This document shows positions 36,300 through 46,079 of a stretch of DNA of 48,440 bases, piece by piece. The position numbers were made by a program, and so were the translations under genes. The stretch lies in the sequence record SRR22947725_384. One strand, written 5' to 3'. Under the pieces are notes generated by a model. That model was not told the origin of the DNA. It saw only the letters and a list, made by a program, of their open reading frames with translations, and searched no databases. Each line of letters begins with the position of its first letter. The stretch's first letter is position 1.

Positions 36300-37826
36300 A
36301 TGAAATTACACATGATCAATAAATCAACAGTCCCACTCGTTATATTCCTTTTTTCGATGTCCAGTTTGCTCGGCGCAGATTGGCCCATGTGGGGAAAAGA
36401 TGGAAGTAGAAATATGGTCTCCGATGAAAAGAAAATTACTTTCGATTTCGTGGCGGGTGAAATGAGTGACGATGAAGTGGTGGATATGAAAACCACGAAA
36501 AACCTTAGATGGGTGGCGAAATTGGGATCTCAGGCATATGGAAATGTAACCATTGGAAACGGTTGTGTATTTGTCGGAACCAATAATGAGTCGCCCCGCG
36601 ATCCAGGAAAAAAAGGAGACCGAGGAGTAGTGATGTGCTTGGATGAAAAATCGGGCGAATTAAAGTGGCAATTAGTTATACCCAAGCTCGGTGCAGGAAA
36701 GGTGAGTGATTGGGAGTATATTGGCATTTGTTCCTCTACCGCAATAGACGGCGATAAAGTTTATGTTGTTACAAATCGCTGTGAGGTAGTCTGTTTGGAC
36801 ATTCATGGTTTAACTAATGGAAATGACGGTCCCTTTAAAGACGAGGCATCCTATATCAAACCAAAGGGGATGTCAGATGCTCTGAATGAAAAATTAGATG
36901 CTGATATTCTTTGGATGTATGACATGCGGGACGAATTGGGAGTTTTTCCACACAATGTAACGAGTTCTTCTCCGGTAATTATTGGTGATACAGTATATGT
37001 TGCGACTTCTAACGGGGTGGATTGGTCACATACGAACATACCCAGCCCACTTTCACCGAGTTGGATTGCCCTCAACAAGACCACGGGTGAATTAATTGGG
37101 GAAGATGGTTCCGGAGCAAGTGAAAATGCACTACATGCGGCTTGGTCTTCATTAACCTATGGTAATGTCGATGGGGCTGAAATTTTGATATGGGGCGGAA
37201 CGGATGGATTTTGTTATGGTTATAATAACAAAACAGAGAAAGATGCCGATGGGTATGATTTGTTTCAACCCATTTGGAAGGTTGATTGTAATGAACCCAA
37301 TTACCGTAAAGATTCAGACGGAAAGAAAATTCCTTATGCCACTCCTCCTGGACCAAGTGAATTAATTGGGACGCCAGTTTTGTATGAAGGAAAAGTGTAC
37401 TGTGCGATCGGTCAGGATCCAGAGCATGGAGATGGGGTCGGGAGACTCTCCTGTATCGATGCAAAGACGGGCAAAATAGTCTGGAAATACACAGAGGTGG
37501 GTCGAACCATATCCACGGTATCTATTGCCGATGATTTGGTCTACATCGCAGAATATGCCGGGCTAATCCATTGTGTAGATGCAAACACTGGAAAAGTATA
37601 CTGGACCCACGATTCATTTAGCCGGATTTGGGGTTCCACTCTCATTGCCGATGGAAAACTCATTTTAGGAAATGAGGATGGCGATTTATTGGTAATGGAT
37701 CATGGAAAATCGAAACCGAAAGTGAAGACAATAAACATGGGTGCTCCTGTTTATAGTTCCCCTGTCGTTGCAAACGGCGTTCTTTATATCGGTACGCAAA
37801 CACATCTATACGCAATCGGAAAATAG
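36300..37826 (+). CDS. Secreted PQQ-binding-like beta-propeller protein
   Basis: Signal peptide '..LLG-ADWPMWG..SRN'; blades 'CLDEKSGELKW', 'CIDAKTGKIVW', 'CVDANTGKVYW'. Confidence 0.9.
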   Translation: MKLHMINKSTVPLVIFLFSMSSLLGADWPMWGKDGSRNMVSDEKKITFDFVAGEMSDDEVVDMKTTKNLRWVAKLGSQAYGNVTIGNGCVFVGTNNESPRDPGKKGDRGVVMCLDEKSGELKWQLVIPKLGAGKVSDWEYIGICSSTAIDGDKVYVVTNRCEVVCLDIHGLTNGNDGPFKDEASYIKPKGMSDALNEKLDADILWMYDMRDELGVFPHNVTSSSPVIIGDTVYVATSNGVDWSHTNIPSPLSPSWIALNKTTGELIGEDGSGASENALHAAWSSLTYGNVDGAEILIWGGTDGFCYGYNNKTEKDADGYDLFQPIWKVDCNEPNYRKDSDGKKIPYATPPGPSELIGTPVLYEGKVYCAIGQDPEHGDGVGRLSCIDAKTGKIVWKYTEVGRTISTVSIADDLVYIAEYAGLIHCVDANTGKVYWTHDSFSRIWGSTLIADGKLILGNEDGDLLVMDHGKSKPKVKTINMGAPVYSSPVVANGVLYIGTQTHLYAIGK

Positions 37827-37849
37827 AGGTGAATTCTTTATCCAGCCCA

Positions 37850-38083
37850 ATGAAAAAAAGAGTTATTTGGTTCCTTTTCCTACTTCTTTTCATTGTGCAC
37901 CAAGATTTTTGGTGGTGGGATGATGCCTTTCTTGTTTTTGATTTCCTACCAATAGGATTAGCTTTCCATGCCGGTTTTTCAATCGTGTGTGCAATTTTAG
38001 GTTGGGCAGCAATTAAGTATGCATGGCCGCACGATTTGGAACGATTTGCCGAAGAAAATAACGACGAGGAGAATGCCATATAA
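37850..38083 (+). CDS. Small two-TM partner of a sodium:solute symporter (DUF3311-like)
   Basis: 'HQDFWWW....LVFDFLPIGLAFH', acidic tail; stop overlaps the symporter start (TAATG). Confidence 0.8.
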   Translation: MKKRVIWFLFLLLFIVHQDFWWWDDAFLVFDFLPIGLAFHAGFSIVCAILGWAAIKYAWPHDLERFAEENNDEENAI

Positions 38084-39792
38084 TGACTACCCTAATTGTA
38101 ATAATTCTTTACCTGTGCTTACTACTTGGACTAGGTTTTTTTAGTAGTCGTTTATTTAGGGGTACGAGCAAAGACTACTTCGTTGCAAGCCATAGTATTG
38201 GGCCTTTTTTACTGTTAATGAGTGTTTTTGGTACAACTATGACCGCCTTTGCATTAGTTGGCTCGACTGGAAAATCTTTTGAAAGAGGGATCGGAACTTA
38301 TGGTTTAATGGCTTCGATCAGTGGTCTTGTACATGCTGGTATATTTTTTCTTATTGGGATTCGATTGTGGGCTTTTGGGAAAAAGTATGGATATATTACT
38401 CAAATCCAATTTTTTCGGGCACGGTTTGAATCAGATGGGTTGGGCTATTTACTTTTTCCAATTCTTGTATTGCTCGTTGTTCCTTATCTTTTGATAGGAA
38501 TAATTGGAGCCGGTAAGACGATCGAGCCGGTTACCGCGGGTGCATTTACAGAAATTTTTACCAACCCTACCGCTCCCCAATGGCTGGGGGGGATACCTCC
38601 CTGGCTAACCGGCTTAGTTGTTTCCCTTGTCGTTCTGACTTATGTCTTTATGGGGGGGTCCAGGGGGGCCGCGTATGCGAATACATTTCAGACAATAGTT
38701 TTCATGGTGATGGGAGTAGTCGCTTTTGTATATATTATTAATGGATTAGGGGGAATGGAGCAGGCGGGTAAGGTGCCGGCACGAATAACCGAGAAGGGAA
38801 TAATTGTACAAGATTATCAATTTGATAAAACCACAAAGGAGTTGGTAAAGAATGAAAAACCAAAACCGATTGGACGGGTTACCGATTCAACCACTGTTGA
38901 TTTATCAAATAAGCAACCTCACTTAGCCCGTACCCCAATCCAGGTGGAATTCAAAAAGAAGAACCCAAAAACAGGAGTAATTTCTTCGTTTGAAAGAGAG
39001 CTCGGAATTCCTTTCATTACCTTTTTATCCTACTTCTTTATACCGCTAAGCGTGGGAATGTTTCCCCACCTCTTTCAACATTGGCTTACTGCGAAAAGTG
39101 CCAAAGCATTTCGTTTAACCGTAATTGCTCACCCTCTGTGTATTATGGTGGTTTGGGTGCCATGCGTGTTAGTCGGAGTGTGGGCATCGGGAGTGCTTCC
39201 GCCCGGTATTCCTCCTCCCGCAGTGTTATCCGCCATGCTTAATTTATTAGTTGGAGATCCCGTGCTAACTGGGCTTTTAACGGCAGGAGTTTTGGCTGCA
39301 ATCATGTCGTCATTGGATTCTCAATTTCTTTGTCTTGGAACCATATTTACCAATGATATTGTGATCCACCGAGCGGGAAAAAATAAGTACAGTGATAAAC
39401 AGGTGATATTGATCGCCCGTGTATTTATTGTGGTCATTGTTGCCCTGACTTATGTCCTCGCCATGTGGGCAAAAAATGCCAACGTCTTCGATCTCGCGAT
39501 TTGGTGTTTTAGCGGATTCTCAGCTCTTTTTCCGGTCGTTTTTGCAGCTTTATATTGGAAGCGGGCAACAAAAGAAGGTGCATTTGCCAGTATCATTGCA
39601 GCTCTTATTTCTTGGCTTTATTTCTTTCACCTTTCTGGGTATGGAGGTGAATTGGTGATTGGCCCAGGTATTATTCCAGCCGCAGTTTGTTTTGCCGTGG
39701 CAGCAATCGCAATGGTTCTTGTTTCTCTGCTGACAAAACCACCAACGGAAGAAACATTACAAAAATTTTTCCCCTCGGCCAAAAAATTGTAA
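38083..39792 (+). CDS. Sodium:solute symporter family protein
   Basis: 'DYFVAS', 'YGYITQ', 'YVFMGG.RG', 'LAAIMSSLDSQ', 'LYWKRATKEGA'; many TM helices. Confidence 0.94.
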   Translation: MTTLIVIILYLCLLLGLGFFSSRLFRGTSKDYFVASHSIGPFLLLMSVFGTTMTAFALVGSTGKSFERGIGTYGLMASISGLVHAGIFFLIGIRLWAFGKKYGYITQIQFFRARFESDGLGYLLFPILVLLVVPYLLIGIIGAGKTIEPVTAGAFTEIFTNPTAPQWLGGIPPWLTGLVVSLVVLTYVFMGGSRGAAYANTFQTIVFMVMGVVAFVYIINGLGGMEQAGKVPARITEKGIIVQDYQFDKTTKELVKNEKPKPIGRVTDSTTVDLSNKQPHLARTPIQVEFKKKNPKTGVISSFERELGIPFITFLSYFFIPLSVGMFPHLFQHWLTAKSAKAFRLTVIAHPLCIMVVWVPCVLVGVWASGVLPPGIPPPAVLSAMLNLLVGDPVLTGLLTAGVLAAIMSSLDSQFLCLGTIFTNDIVIHRAGKNKYSDKQVILIARVFIVVIVALTYVLAMWAKNANVFDLAIWCFSGFSALFPVVFAALYWKRATKEGAFASIIAALISWLYFFHLSGYGGELVIGPGIIPAAVCFAVAAIAMVLVSLLTKPPTEETLQKFFPSAKKL

Positions 39793-39823
39793 ATTTATTA
39801 AATCCTTTTTTAATGGAAACATT

Positions 39824-40900
39824 ATGAGTATAGATGAAAAAGTTAAACATGCGGCAGACGAGCTTGATGCTCATGTTGTAGAAATGATCAAGTGGCATTT
39901 TTCGCCAGATACAGGATCTCCCTTTTGGCTTGATTGGGCGAAAGAGCAAAATTGGGATCCCTTGAATGAAATCAAGAACTTTGAGGATATTTGTCAGAAA
40001 TTCCCTAATTTTGAAGATGAATGGTTGAGGGATCTGCCCAATGAAGTATGGGTTCCCCAACCTTACAAGGGAAAACCTTTTAATATATTTGAAACAGGTG
40101 GGACTACAGGTATGCCCAAGCAAAGAATTGGTTGGGACGATTTTCGTATTGATTACACTGCATTCTCCGAAACATTAAAAGACGAGCATTTCCCGCGTGA
40201 TGATTATTGGATGATGGTCGGTCCTACTGGGCCGCGTCGCTTACGACTCTCGATAGAGCACCTAGCCAATGAGCGAGGTTGTTCGTGTTACTTTGTTGAT
40301 TTAGACCCGCGATGGGTGAAGAGATTGATTGCGAGTAAGCAATTTGATCAGGCCCGGGCCTACATGGACCATGCCGTGGATCAGGCCTTAACAATTCTGA
40401 AGCATCGAAAAGTAAGTGCATTATTCACCACACCGAAATTACTCGAAGCCCTGGCGGAGAGAAAGGATTTGATAAAAGCAGGAATTAAGGGCGTTTTTTG
40501 TGGAGGTACTACCATGGACAAGCAATATGCCCGGTTTTTAGTCGAGGAAGTATGTGAAGGCGGAAAAATCGGATTTGTACCCACTTATGGAAATACCTTA
40601 ATGGGTCTTGCCAGGCACCATCCATTTGGTGCAGAAAATGACTACTCAATCGCGTACTATGCTCCACAGCCAAGGGCCGTTCTTCGTGTCATTAACCCGG
40701 ATACAAATAATACAGTCGACTACGATTCTTGGGGTCGGGTCGAATTAACAACTTTAACGAAAGAATTTTTTATGCCCCGATTTTTGGAGCGTGATGAAGC
40801 TTTACGTCGAAAACCTTGGAGCGAGGCTCCATGGGACGGGGTCGCAGAAGTTCGCCCTTTCGGTGCAATGGAAAAAAATATTGTAGAAGGAGTATATTAA
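39824..40900 (+). CDS. Short ANL-superfamily adenylating enzyme, EhpF/PaaK-like
   Basis: 'WHFSPDTGSPFWL', P-loop 'ETGGTTGMPK', 'GPTGP', 'DLDPRWVK', 'YGNT', 'LERD'; 358 aa without a normal C-terminal domain. Confidence 0.78.
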   Translation: MSIDEKVKHAADELDAHVVEMIKWHFSPDTGSPFWLDWAKEQNWDPLNEIKNFEDICQKFPNFEDEWLRDLPNEVWVPQPYKGKPFNIFETGGTTGMPKQRIGWDDFRIDYTAFSETLKDEHFPRDDYWMMVGPTGPRRLRLSIEHLANERGCSCYFVDLDPRWVKRLIASKQFDQARAYMDHAVDQALTILKHRKVSALFTTPKLLEALAERKDLIKAGIKGVFCGGTTMDKQYARFLVEEVCEGGKIGFVPTYGNTLMGLARHHPFGAENDYSIAYYAPQPRAVLRVINPDTNNTVDYDSWGRVELTTLTKEFFMPRFLERDEALRRKPWSEAPWDGVAEVRPFGAMEKNIVEGVY

Positions 40901-40901
40901 T

Positions 40902-42335
40902 ATGAATACACCCCATATACCGTGCTTACGTCTTGGAAAAGAGTATCGTAGCTTTAACGAATCAGAAGTAAAAGATTACCGTAACGGTGCGGTAAAAGCT
41001 ACTATGAGCCAAGTCAATGCCGGCGTAATTCGAAGAGATCTATTAAAGATCGATCAAGCACGTGAGGCACTGCAAAAGTTTACTACCCGAGAATTAATTG
41101 ATATTAGTGCAAAGGCTGGTGAGTTATTTCTGAATGGAACTCTTCCGCTGGGAGAAGGGGGAAGGTCACAAAGTGGGCAAGATTATCTGGAAACGCTTTC
41201 AGCCACCAGTGGTTTACCCCATGTGATGGTAAAAAGAAATATGGATAAAATTCATTATGCTCTTACCCATGTGGAATTAATTTTGAATGGGTTGACCCGC
41301 GGGATTGATCCTTCGATTCTAGATCGAGGTTTTGGAGAACAGGCAGGATCTCCCGTATGTTTTTATCCCACAACCAATGCATTGGGCTTAGTTATGCCAA
41401 GTAATTCGCCGGCAGTAAACTCACTATGGTTGCCCTCAATTGCACTAAAAATTCCCATTATTATGAAACCGGGTCGGGATGAACCATGGACCCCTTTCAG
41501 GCTTATTCAGTCATTTATTGCCGCAGGTTGCCCACGGGAAGCCTTTGGTTTTTATCCCACTGACCATGAGGGTGCGGCGGATATTCTTCGACTTTGCAAT
41601 CGAGCATTGATTTTTGGAGATAAAAGCACCACTGATTTATATGCGGGCAATCCCGGAGTACAAGTACATGGTCCAGGTTTTAGTAAAGTACTGATTGGGG
41701 AAGACGAAATTGAAAATTGGCCTGACTTTATTGATGTTATGGCATCCTCTATTTCAGATAATGGTGGTAGAAGTTGCGTAAATGCATCCGCTATCATTGT
41801 TCCCAAATATGCAAAGGAAATTGCGGACGCTCTTGGTAAAAGGTTGGGTTCCCTAAAACCGCTACCTGTCGATGACCCGAACGCGGTACTTTCTGGATTT
41901 GCAAATCCTAAAATGGGCGAATGGATAGATGGTGCAATCGATGCTGATTTATGCCAGAAAGGGGCGATCGACACTACCGCGATTTATCGTACCGGACCCC
42001 GTCTATTACAAGCGGAGGGTGGAACCTATTTATGTCCCACAATTGTCTATTGTGAATCGATGGATCACCCGCTTTCTAACCGCGAGTTCCTATGTCCCTA
42101 TGCGAGTGTAGTTGAAGTTCCTCAACCAGATATGCTCAATGCAATAGGGCCTACCTTAGTTGTTTCTGCTATCACAAAAGATGAAACATTTAAGAGACAA
42201 TTACTTTCTGCATCGAATATCGAACGATTAAACCTTGGCCCAATCTCCACAATGAAAATATCTTGGGATCAGCCTCACGAAGGAAATATGTTTGAGTTTC
42301 TCTACAAGCGCAGATCAATCGGAATGGCAGCATAA
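40902..42335 (+). CDS. Aldehyde dehydrogenase superfamily, EhpG/LuxC-like acyl reductase
   Basis: 'PSNSP', 'MKPG', catalytic Cys in 'NGGRSCVNAS'; 'HGPGFSK' replaces the canonical ELGGK. Confidence 0.82.
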   Translation: MNTPHIPCLRLGKEYRSFNESEVKDYRNGAVKATMSQVNAGVIRRDLLKIDQAREALQKFTTRELIDISAKAGELFLNGTLPLGEGGRSQSGQDYLETLSATSGLPHVMVKRNMDKIHYALTHVELILNGLTRGIDPSILDRGFGEQAGSPVCFYPTTNALGLVMPSNSPAVNSLWLPSIALKIPIIMKPGRDEPWTPFRLIQSFIAAGCPREAFGFYPTDHEGAADILRLCNRALIFGDKSTTDLYAGNPGVQVHGPGFSKVLIGEDEIENWPDFIDVMASSISDNGGRSCVNASAIIVPKYAKEIADALGKRLGSLKPLPVDDPNAVLSGFANPKMGEWIDGAIDADLCQKGAIDTTAIYRTGPRLLQAEGGTYLCPTIVYCESMDHPLSNREFLCPYASVVEVPQPDMLNAIGPTLVVSAITKDETFKRQLLSASNIERLNLGPISTMKISWDQPHEGNMFEFLYKRRSIGMAA

Positions 42336-42352
42336 TTGACTTTCCATTGCCA

Positions 42353-43585
42353 ATGATAGATTCACACGCAGATGATGTAAAAGGAGATTCTTTTTTTATT
42401 GATGGCGAGAAGGCTACTCAAAAAATTATTTATGGAAATGGGGTAATTAATAAGGCGGGGGAAGTAGCTAAGGAATGTGGAAGCAATCTCTTACTTGTTA
42501 CTGACTCCGGTTTATCTTCTGCGGGGCACCCTCAAAAACTAAAAGAGATTTTCGAACAATCGAATTTGAATGTTACTCTTTTTGACAAGTCTATCGAGAA
42601 TCCAACTGAATCAAGTGTGCAAAGTTGCGTGCAGGTAGCAAGTGAAGCACATGTTGACTTAATAGTGGGACTGGGAGGAGGAAGTTCTATGGATACTGCA
42701 AAAGGATGTAACTTCATTCTTAGTAATGGAGGCAGGATGTCAGACTACTGGGGTATTGGCAAAGCCAGCCAACCAATGCTCCCATTTATTGCAATTCCAA
42801 CTACCGCGGGCACTGGAAGCGAATGCCAGTCGTTTGCTTTAATTTCAGAGGATCAAACTAATAAAAAAATGGCTTGTGGGGATAAGAAAGCACTTCCTAA
42901 AATTACCATTCTGGATCCAGAATTAACTCTTTCTTTACCGAGTTCGGTAACAGCCTGTACTGGAGTTGATGCACTGGCCCATTCGCTTGAATCTTTAGTT
43001 ACAACTAAAAGAAATCCCAGTTCCAATCGACACGCTCAACTTGCTTTTGATTTAATTCAGAAAAACCTACCATTAGTTTTTGAAAACCCTCAAGATTTAA
43101 AAAGTAGGGGAGCGGTATTGCTGGGTGCTTCCCATGCGGGTGCCGCAATTGAAAGAAGTATGCTTGGTGCTGCCCATTCAATGGCGAATCCATTAACCGC
43201 AAGCCGTGGAGTGATCCATGGAATTGCGGTGGGCATGGTACTGCCTCAAGTTATGAAATTTAATGCAGAACAAGAGGAGACTAATCGTATTTATGCGGAG
43301 GTTGCAAGAAAGTCGGGACTGGCAGGGCCGAATAGTCAAGATTCTGAGGCAACAAGAAATCTCATTGCCCGGGTATGTGAAATCTTGAAGTTAGCTAATA
43401 TTTCATCCTCGTTAGAGGATTATGGTTTTGTACCTTCAGAGATAAACTCTTTAGCCGCTGCCGCTCAAGAGCAATGGACAGCCAGTTTTAATCCACGATC
43501 CATTAATTCAAGTGATTTCAAAAATCTTTATTCTCTTCTTTTCCCGACTGCTTTTTGTGAAAATCAGGTCGCTCAGGCAAATTGA
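42353..43585 (+). CDS. Iron-containing alcohol dehydrogenase
   Basis: 'GLGGGSSMDTAK', 'IPTTAGTGSE', 'DALAH', 'AHSMANPL', 'HG'. Confidence 0.93.
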   Translation: MIDSHADDVKGDSFFIDGEKATQKIIYGNGVINKAGEVAKECGSNLLLVTDSGLSSAGHPQKLKEIFEQSNLNVTLFDKSIENPTESSVQSCVQVASEAHVDLIVGLGGGSSMDTAKGCNFILSNGGRMSDYWGIGKASQPMLPFIAIPTTAGTGSECQSFALISEDQTNKKMACGDKKALPKITILDPELTLSLPSSVTACTGVDALAHSLESLVTTKRNPSSNRHAQLAFDLIQKNLPLVFENPQDLKSRGAVLLGASHAGAAIERSMLGAAHSMANPLTASRGVIHGIAVGMVLPQVMKFNAEQEETNRIYAEVARKSGLAGPNSQDSEATRNLIARVCEILKLANISSSLEDYGFVPSEINSLAAAAQEQWTASFNPRSINSSDFKNLYSLLFPTAFCENQVAQAN

Positions 43586-43590
43586 TTCCA

Positions 43591-44736
43591 ATGAGGAATA
43601 ATATACTAGTACTCTTTTACGCTCTCTTGTTCATTGTAAGTGGTTCAATTATAGCAAAAAATAAACAAGCTGGAATTGATTGGCCCCGCCATCGGGGTGG
43701 AGCTGAATTGAAAGGAATATCACAAGCTAAAATCGGAAAAACTCTTGAGCTTGATTGGGAGTTTAAAACAGGCGATTTTCTTAAATCATCCGTCGTTGTT
43801 TCTGGGAACCTTGCTTTCATAGGTGCCGAAACGGGTACCCTTTTTGCGCTATCTTTAGATAATGGAAAGGAAGTGTGGAAATACAAAACGAGTCTTGGGA
43901 TTGACGCTCCTCCCTTGGTTCATGAGGGCGTCGTTTACACTGGGTCAACAGATGGCTTTCTTTATGCGCTTGATGCTAAAAGTGGGAAGTTAATTTGGAA
44001 ATATGAAACGGGGGGTGAAATTATGGGGGCGGCCAATCAGGGAATTCGCCCTACTACAAAGGACTCTGTTCTGGTGGTTGGGAGTTATGATAATTTTGTT
44101 CATTGCGTAAATGCTAAAACAGGTAAGGTGGTTTGGACATTTGAAACGCAAAACTATGTAAATGGAGTACCGACTATTTCGGAGGGCAAATATGTGGTTA
44201 TCGGGGGATGTGATTCCGTGCTTTATGTGATAGGGCTAGAGGATGGGAAATTAGTTCGGTCCGTAGAAGTGGAGGCCCCAATTGCGGCTTCAGTCTCGGT
44301 TTCCGACGGAATTGGTTATGTGGGAAATATGGACAGAGCGGTCATGGCTTTTGACCTAAAAACGGGAGACATCGTATGGAATTATCGGCAGAAAAGTTTC
44401 CCCTACTTTTCATCCCCTGCGGTAACTAAAACCCAAGTTATAATTGGTGGACGGGATAAAGGACTTCATTGCATTAACCGAATTACGGGAAAGCAGGATT
44501 GGCGCTTCTCGGCACGGGGCCGAATTGATAGTTCGCCAGTTGTTTCGGGCGATAAAGTAGTATTTGGCTCAATGGATGGAAAACTATATCTTCTTTCAAT
44601 GAAAGACGGAAAAGAAATTTCATCTTATGAAGTGGGAGAGCCAATTTCATCAACTCCAGCGGTAGTAAATGAAAGAATTCTAGTAAGCTGTGAAGATGGA
44701 AATGTGTATGCCTTTAAAGTAAAATTAATCAAATGA
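43591..44736 (+). CDS. Secreted PQQ-like/BamB-like beta-propeller protein
   Basis: Signal peptide, 'DWPRHRG', about eight regular 'S.P.V..G.V..GS.DG.LYAL...G...W' blades. Confidence 0.9.
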   Translation: MRNNILVLFYALLFIVSGSIIAKNKQAGIDWPRHRGGAELKGISQAKIGKTLELDWEFKTGDFLKSSVVVSGNLAFIGAETGTLFALSLDNGKEVWKYKTSLGIDAPPLVHEGVVYTGSTDGFLYALDAKSGKLIWKYETGGEIMGAANQGIRPTTKDSVLVVGSYDNFVHCVNAKTGKVVWTFETQNYVNGVPTISEGKYVVIGGCDSVLYVIGLEDGKLVRSVEVEAPIAASVSVSDGIGYVGNMDRAVMAFDLKTGDIVWNYRQKSFPYFSSPAVTKTQVIIGGRDKGLHCINRITGKQDWRFSARGRIDSSPVVSGDKVVFGSMDGKLYLLSMKDGKEISSYEVGEPISSTPAVVNERILVSCEDGNVYAFKVKLIK

Positions 44737-46070
44737 GCGATTCAACTTTTATTAAACCTGACTATCAGACTGAAGATGAAACAAAGGCAGGGAATTATTT
44801 TGTTTCAAATTACCCTCCTTTTTCTTTTTGGAATGATGAGGATGTTCCCTGCGTAAACAGCATGATTAATAGTCCCTCCCAGGGAACTGCACCATTGGGA
44901 ATTTATTATCATGTTCCCTTCTGTCGAAAGCGCTGTCATTTTTGCTATTTTAAAGTATATACAGATAAAAACTCGAATGATGTTCGCCGCTACCTCTCGG
45001 CCACGATTGAGGAATTGAGGACGTATTCTGAGTCACCTTACTTGCAGGGGCGTAAGCCTAAATTTGTTTATTTTGGTGGTGGTACACCATCCTATTTATC
45101 GGCCCAGCAACTTACCGAATTAACCGATCAAATGAAGGCAATCTTGCCATGGGATGAAGCTGAGGAAGTCACCTTTGAGTGCGAACCGGGAACGCTTTCG
45201 GAGAAGAAGCTTAGTGTAATCAAAGAATTTGGAGTGACCCGATTAAGTTTAGGGGTCGAGAATTTTAATGATCATATCTTAGGAATTAATGGACGGGCCC
45301 ATCGCTCGAAAGAAGTTTTTCGAGCTTATGAATTCGCTCGGGGACTTGGTTTTGATAATATTAACATCGATTTGATTGCAGGCATGCTCGAAGAGACTGA
45401 TGAAAATTGGTCTGATTGTGTGGATCAGGTGGTAGATTTATCTCCGGACTGTGTCACCATTTATCAAATGGAAGTACCATTTAATACCGGGATTTTTAAA
45501 AATATGAAGGAGGGGGGCAAGTTAAGTGCTCCTGTAGCAGACTGGCCAACTAAGCGCCGCTGGGTTGCAGAAGCGTATGAAAAATTGGAAAAAGCAGGTT
45601 ATACGATAACCAGTGCTTACACCGCAGTTAAAAATCCAGAAACTACAAAATTTATTTACCGTGATCGATTATGGTCGGGTGCTGATATGGTTGGCCTGGG
45701 GGTATCTTCTTTTGGACATTTGGGTGGTATTCATTATCAAAATATTACCAATATCGATCATTATTGCGACTCCGTGGAAGCTAAAAAAGCTCCCGTTCGA
45801 CGGGCACTAATGACTCAGGAAGAAGAACGTTTTATCAGGGAACTTATTCTGCAATGGAAATTGGGCCGGGTGGACAAAAAATATTTTCAAAAAAAGTTTG
45901 GTATATCTGTAACCGAGCGATTTTCATTAATTATTACGAAGTGGAAAGAAAATGGTGACCTGATAGAAGAAGGAGACTATCTTGTTCTTATACGCGATGC
46001 ACTTTTACGAGTAGATTCTTTACTCCATCAGTTTTTCTTACCTCACCATCAAGATGCTCGGTATGTGTAA
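44733..46070 (+). CDS. HemN-like radical SAM enzyme (coproporphyrinogen III oxidase family, function unassigned)
   Basis: 'HVPFCRKRCHFC' CxxxCxxC, 'YFGGGTPS', 'RLSLGVE', 'NIDLIAG', 'GLGVSS'. Confidence 0.9.
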   Translation: MSDSTFIKPDYQTEDETKAGNYFVSNYPPFSFWNDEDVPCVNSMINSPSQGTAPLGIYYHVPFCRKRCHFCYFKVYTDKNSNDVRRYLSATIEELRTYSESPYLQGRKPKFVYFGGGTPSYLSAQQLTELTDQMKAILPWDEAEEVTFECEPGTLSEKKLSVIKEFGVTRLSLGVENFNDHILGINGRAHRSKEVFRAYEFARGLGFDNINIDLIAGMLEETDENWSDCVDQVVDLSPDCVTIYQMEVPFNTGIFKNMKEGGKLSAPVADWPTKRRWVAEAYEKLEKAGYTITSAYTAVKNPETTKFIYRDRLWSGADMVGLGVSSFGHLGGIHYQNITNIDHYCDSVEAKKAPVRRALMTQEEERFIRELILQWKLGRVDKKYFQKKFGISVTERFSLIITKWKENGDLIEEGDYLVLIRDALLRVDSLLHQFFLPHHQDARYV

Positions 46071-46079
46071 GCGATTGTA

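Noticed and set aside
39824-42335. Calling the cluster a phenazine biosynthesis locus
   Set aside because: Only EhpF/EhpG-like tailoring homologues are present; no phzA/B, D, E, F or G in the window.
32202-44736. Calling the propellers PQQ-dependent dehydrogenases or BamB
   Set aside because: Only the repeat fold is evident; no quinoprotein active-site signature or bam context was recognised.
44733-46070. Gene symbol hemN or hemW
   Set aside because: Diagnostic motifs differ and the context is not heme-related; only the family is supported.
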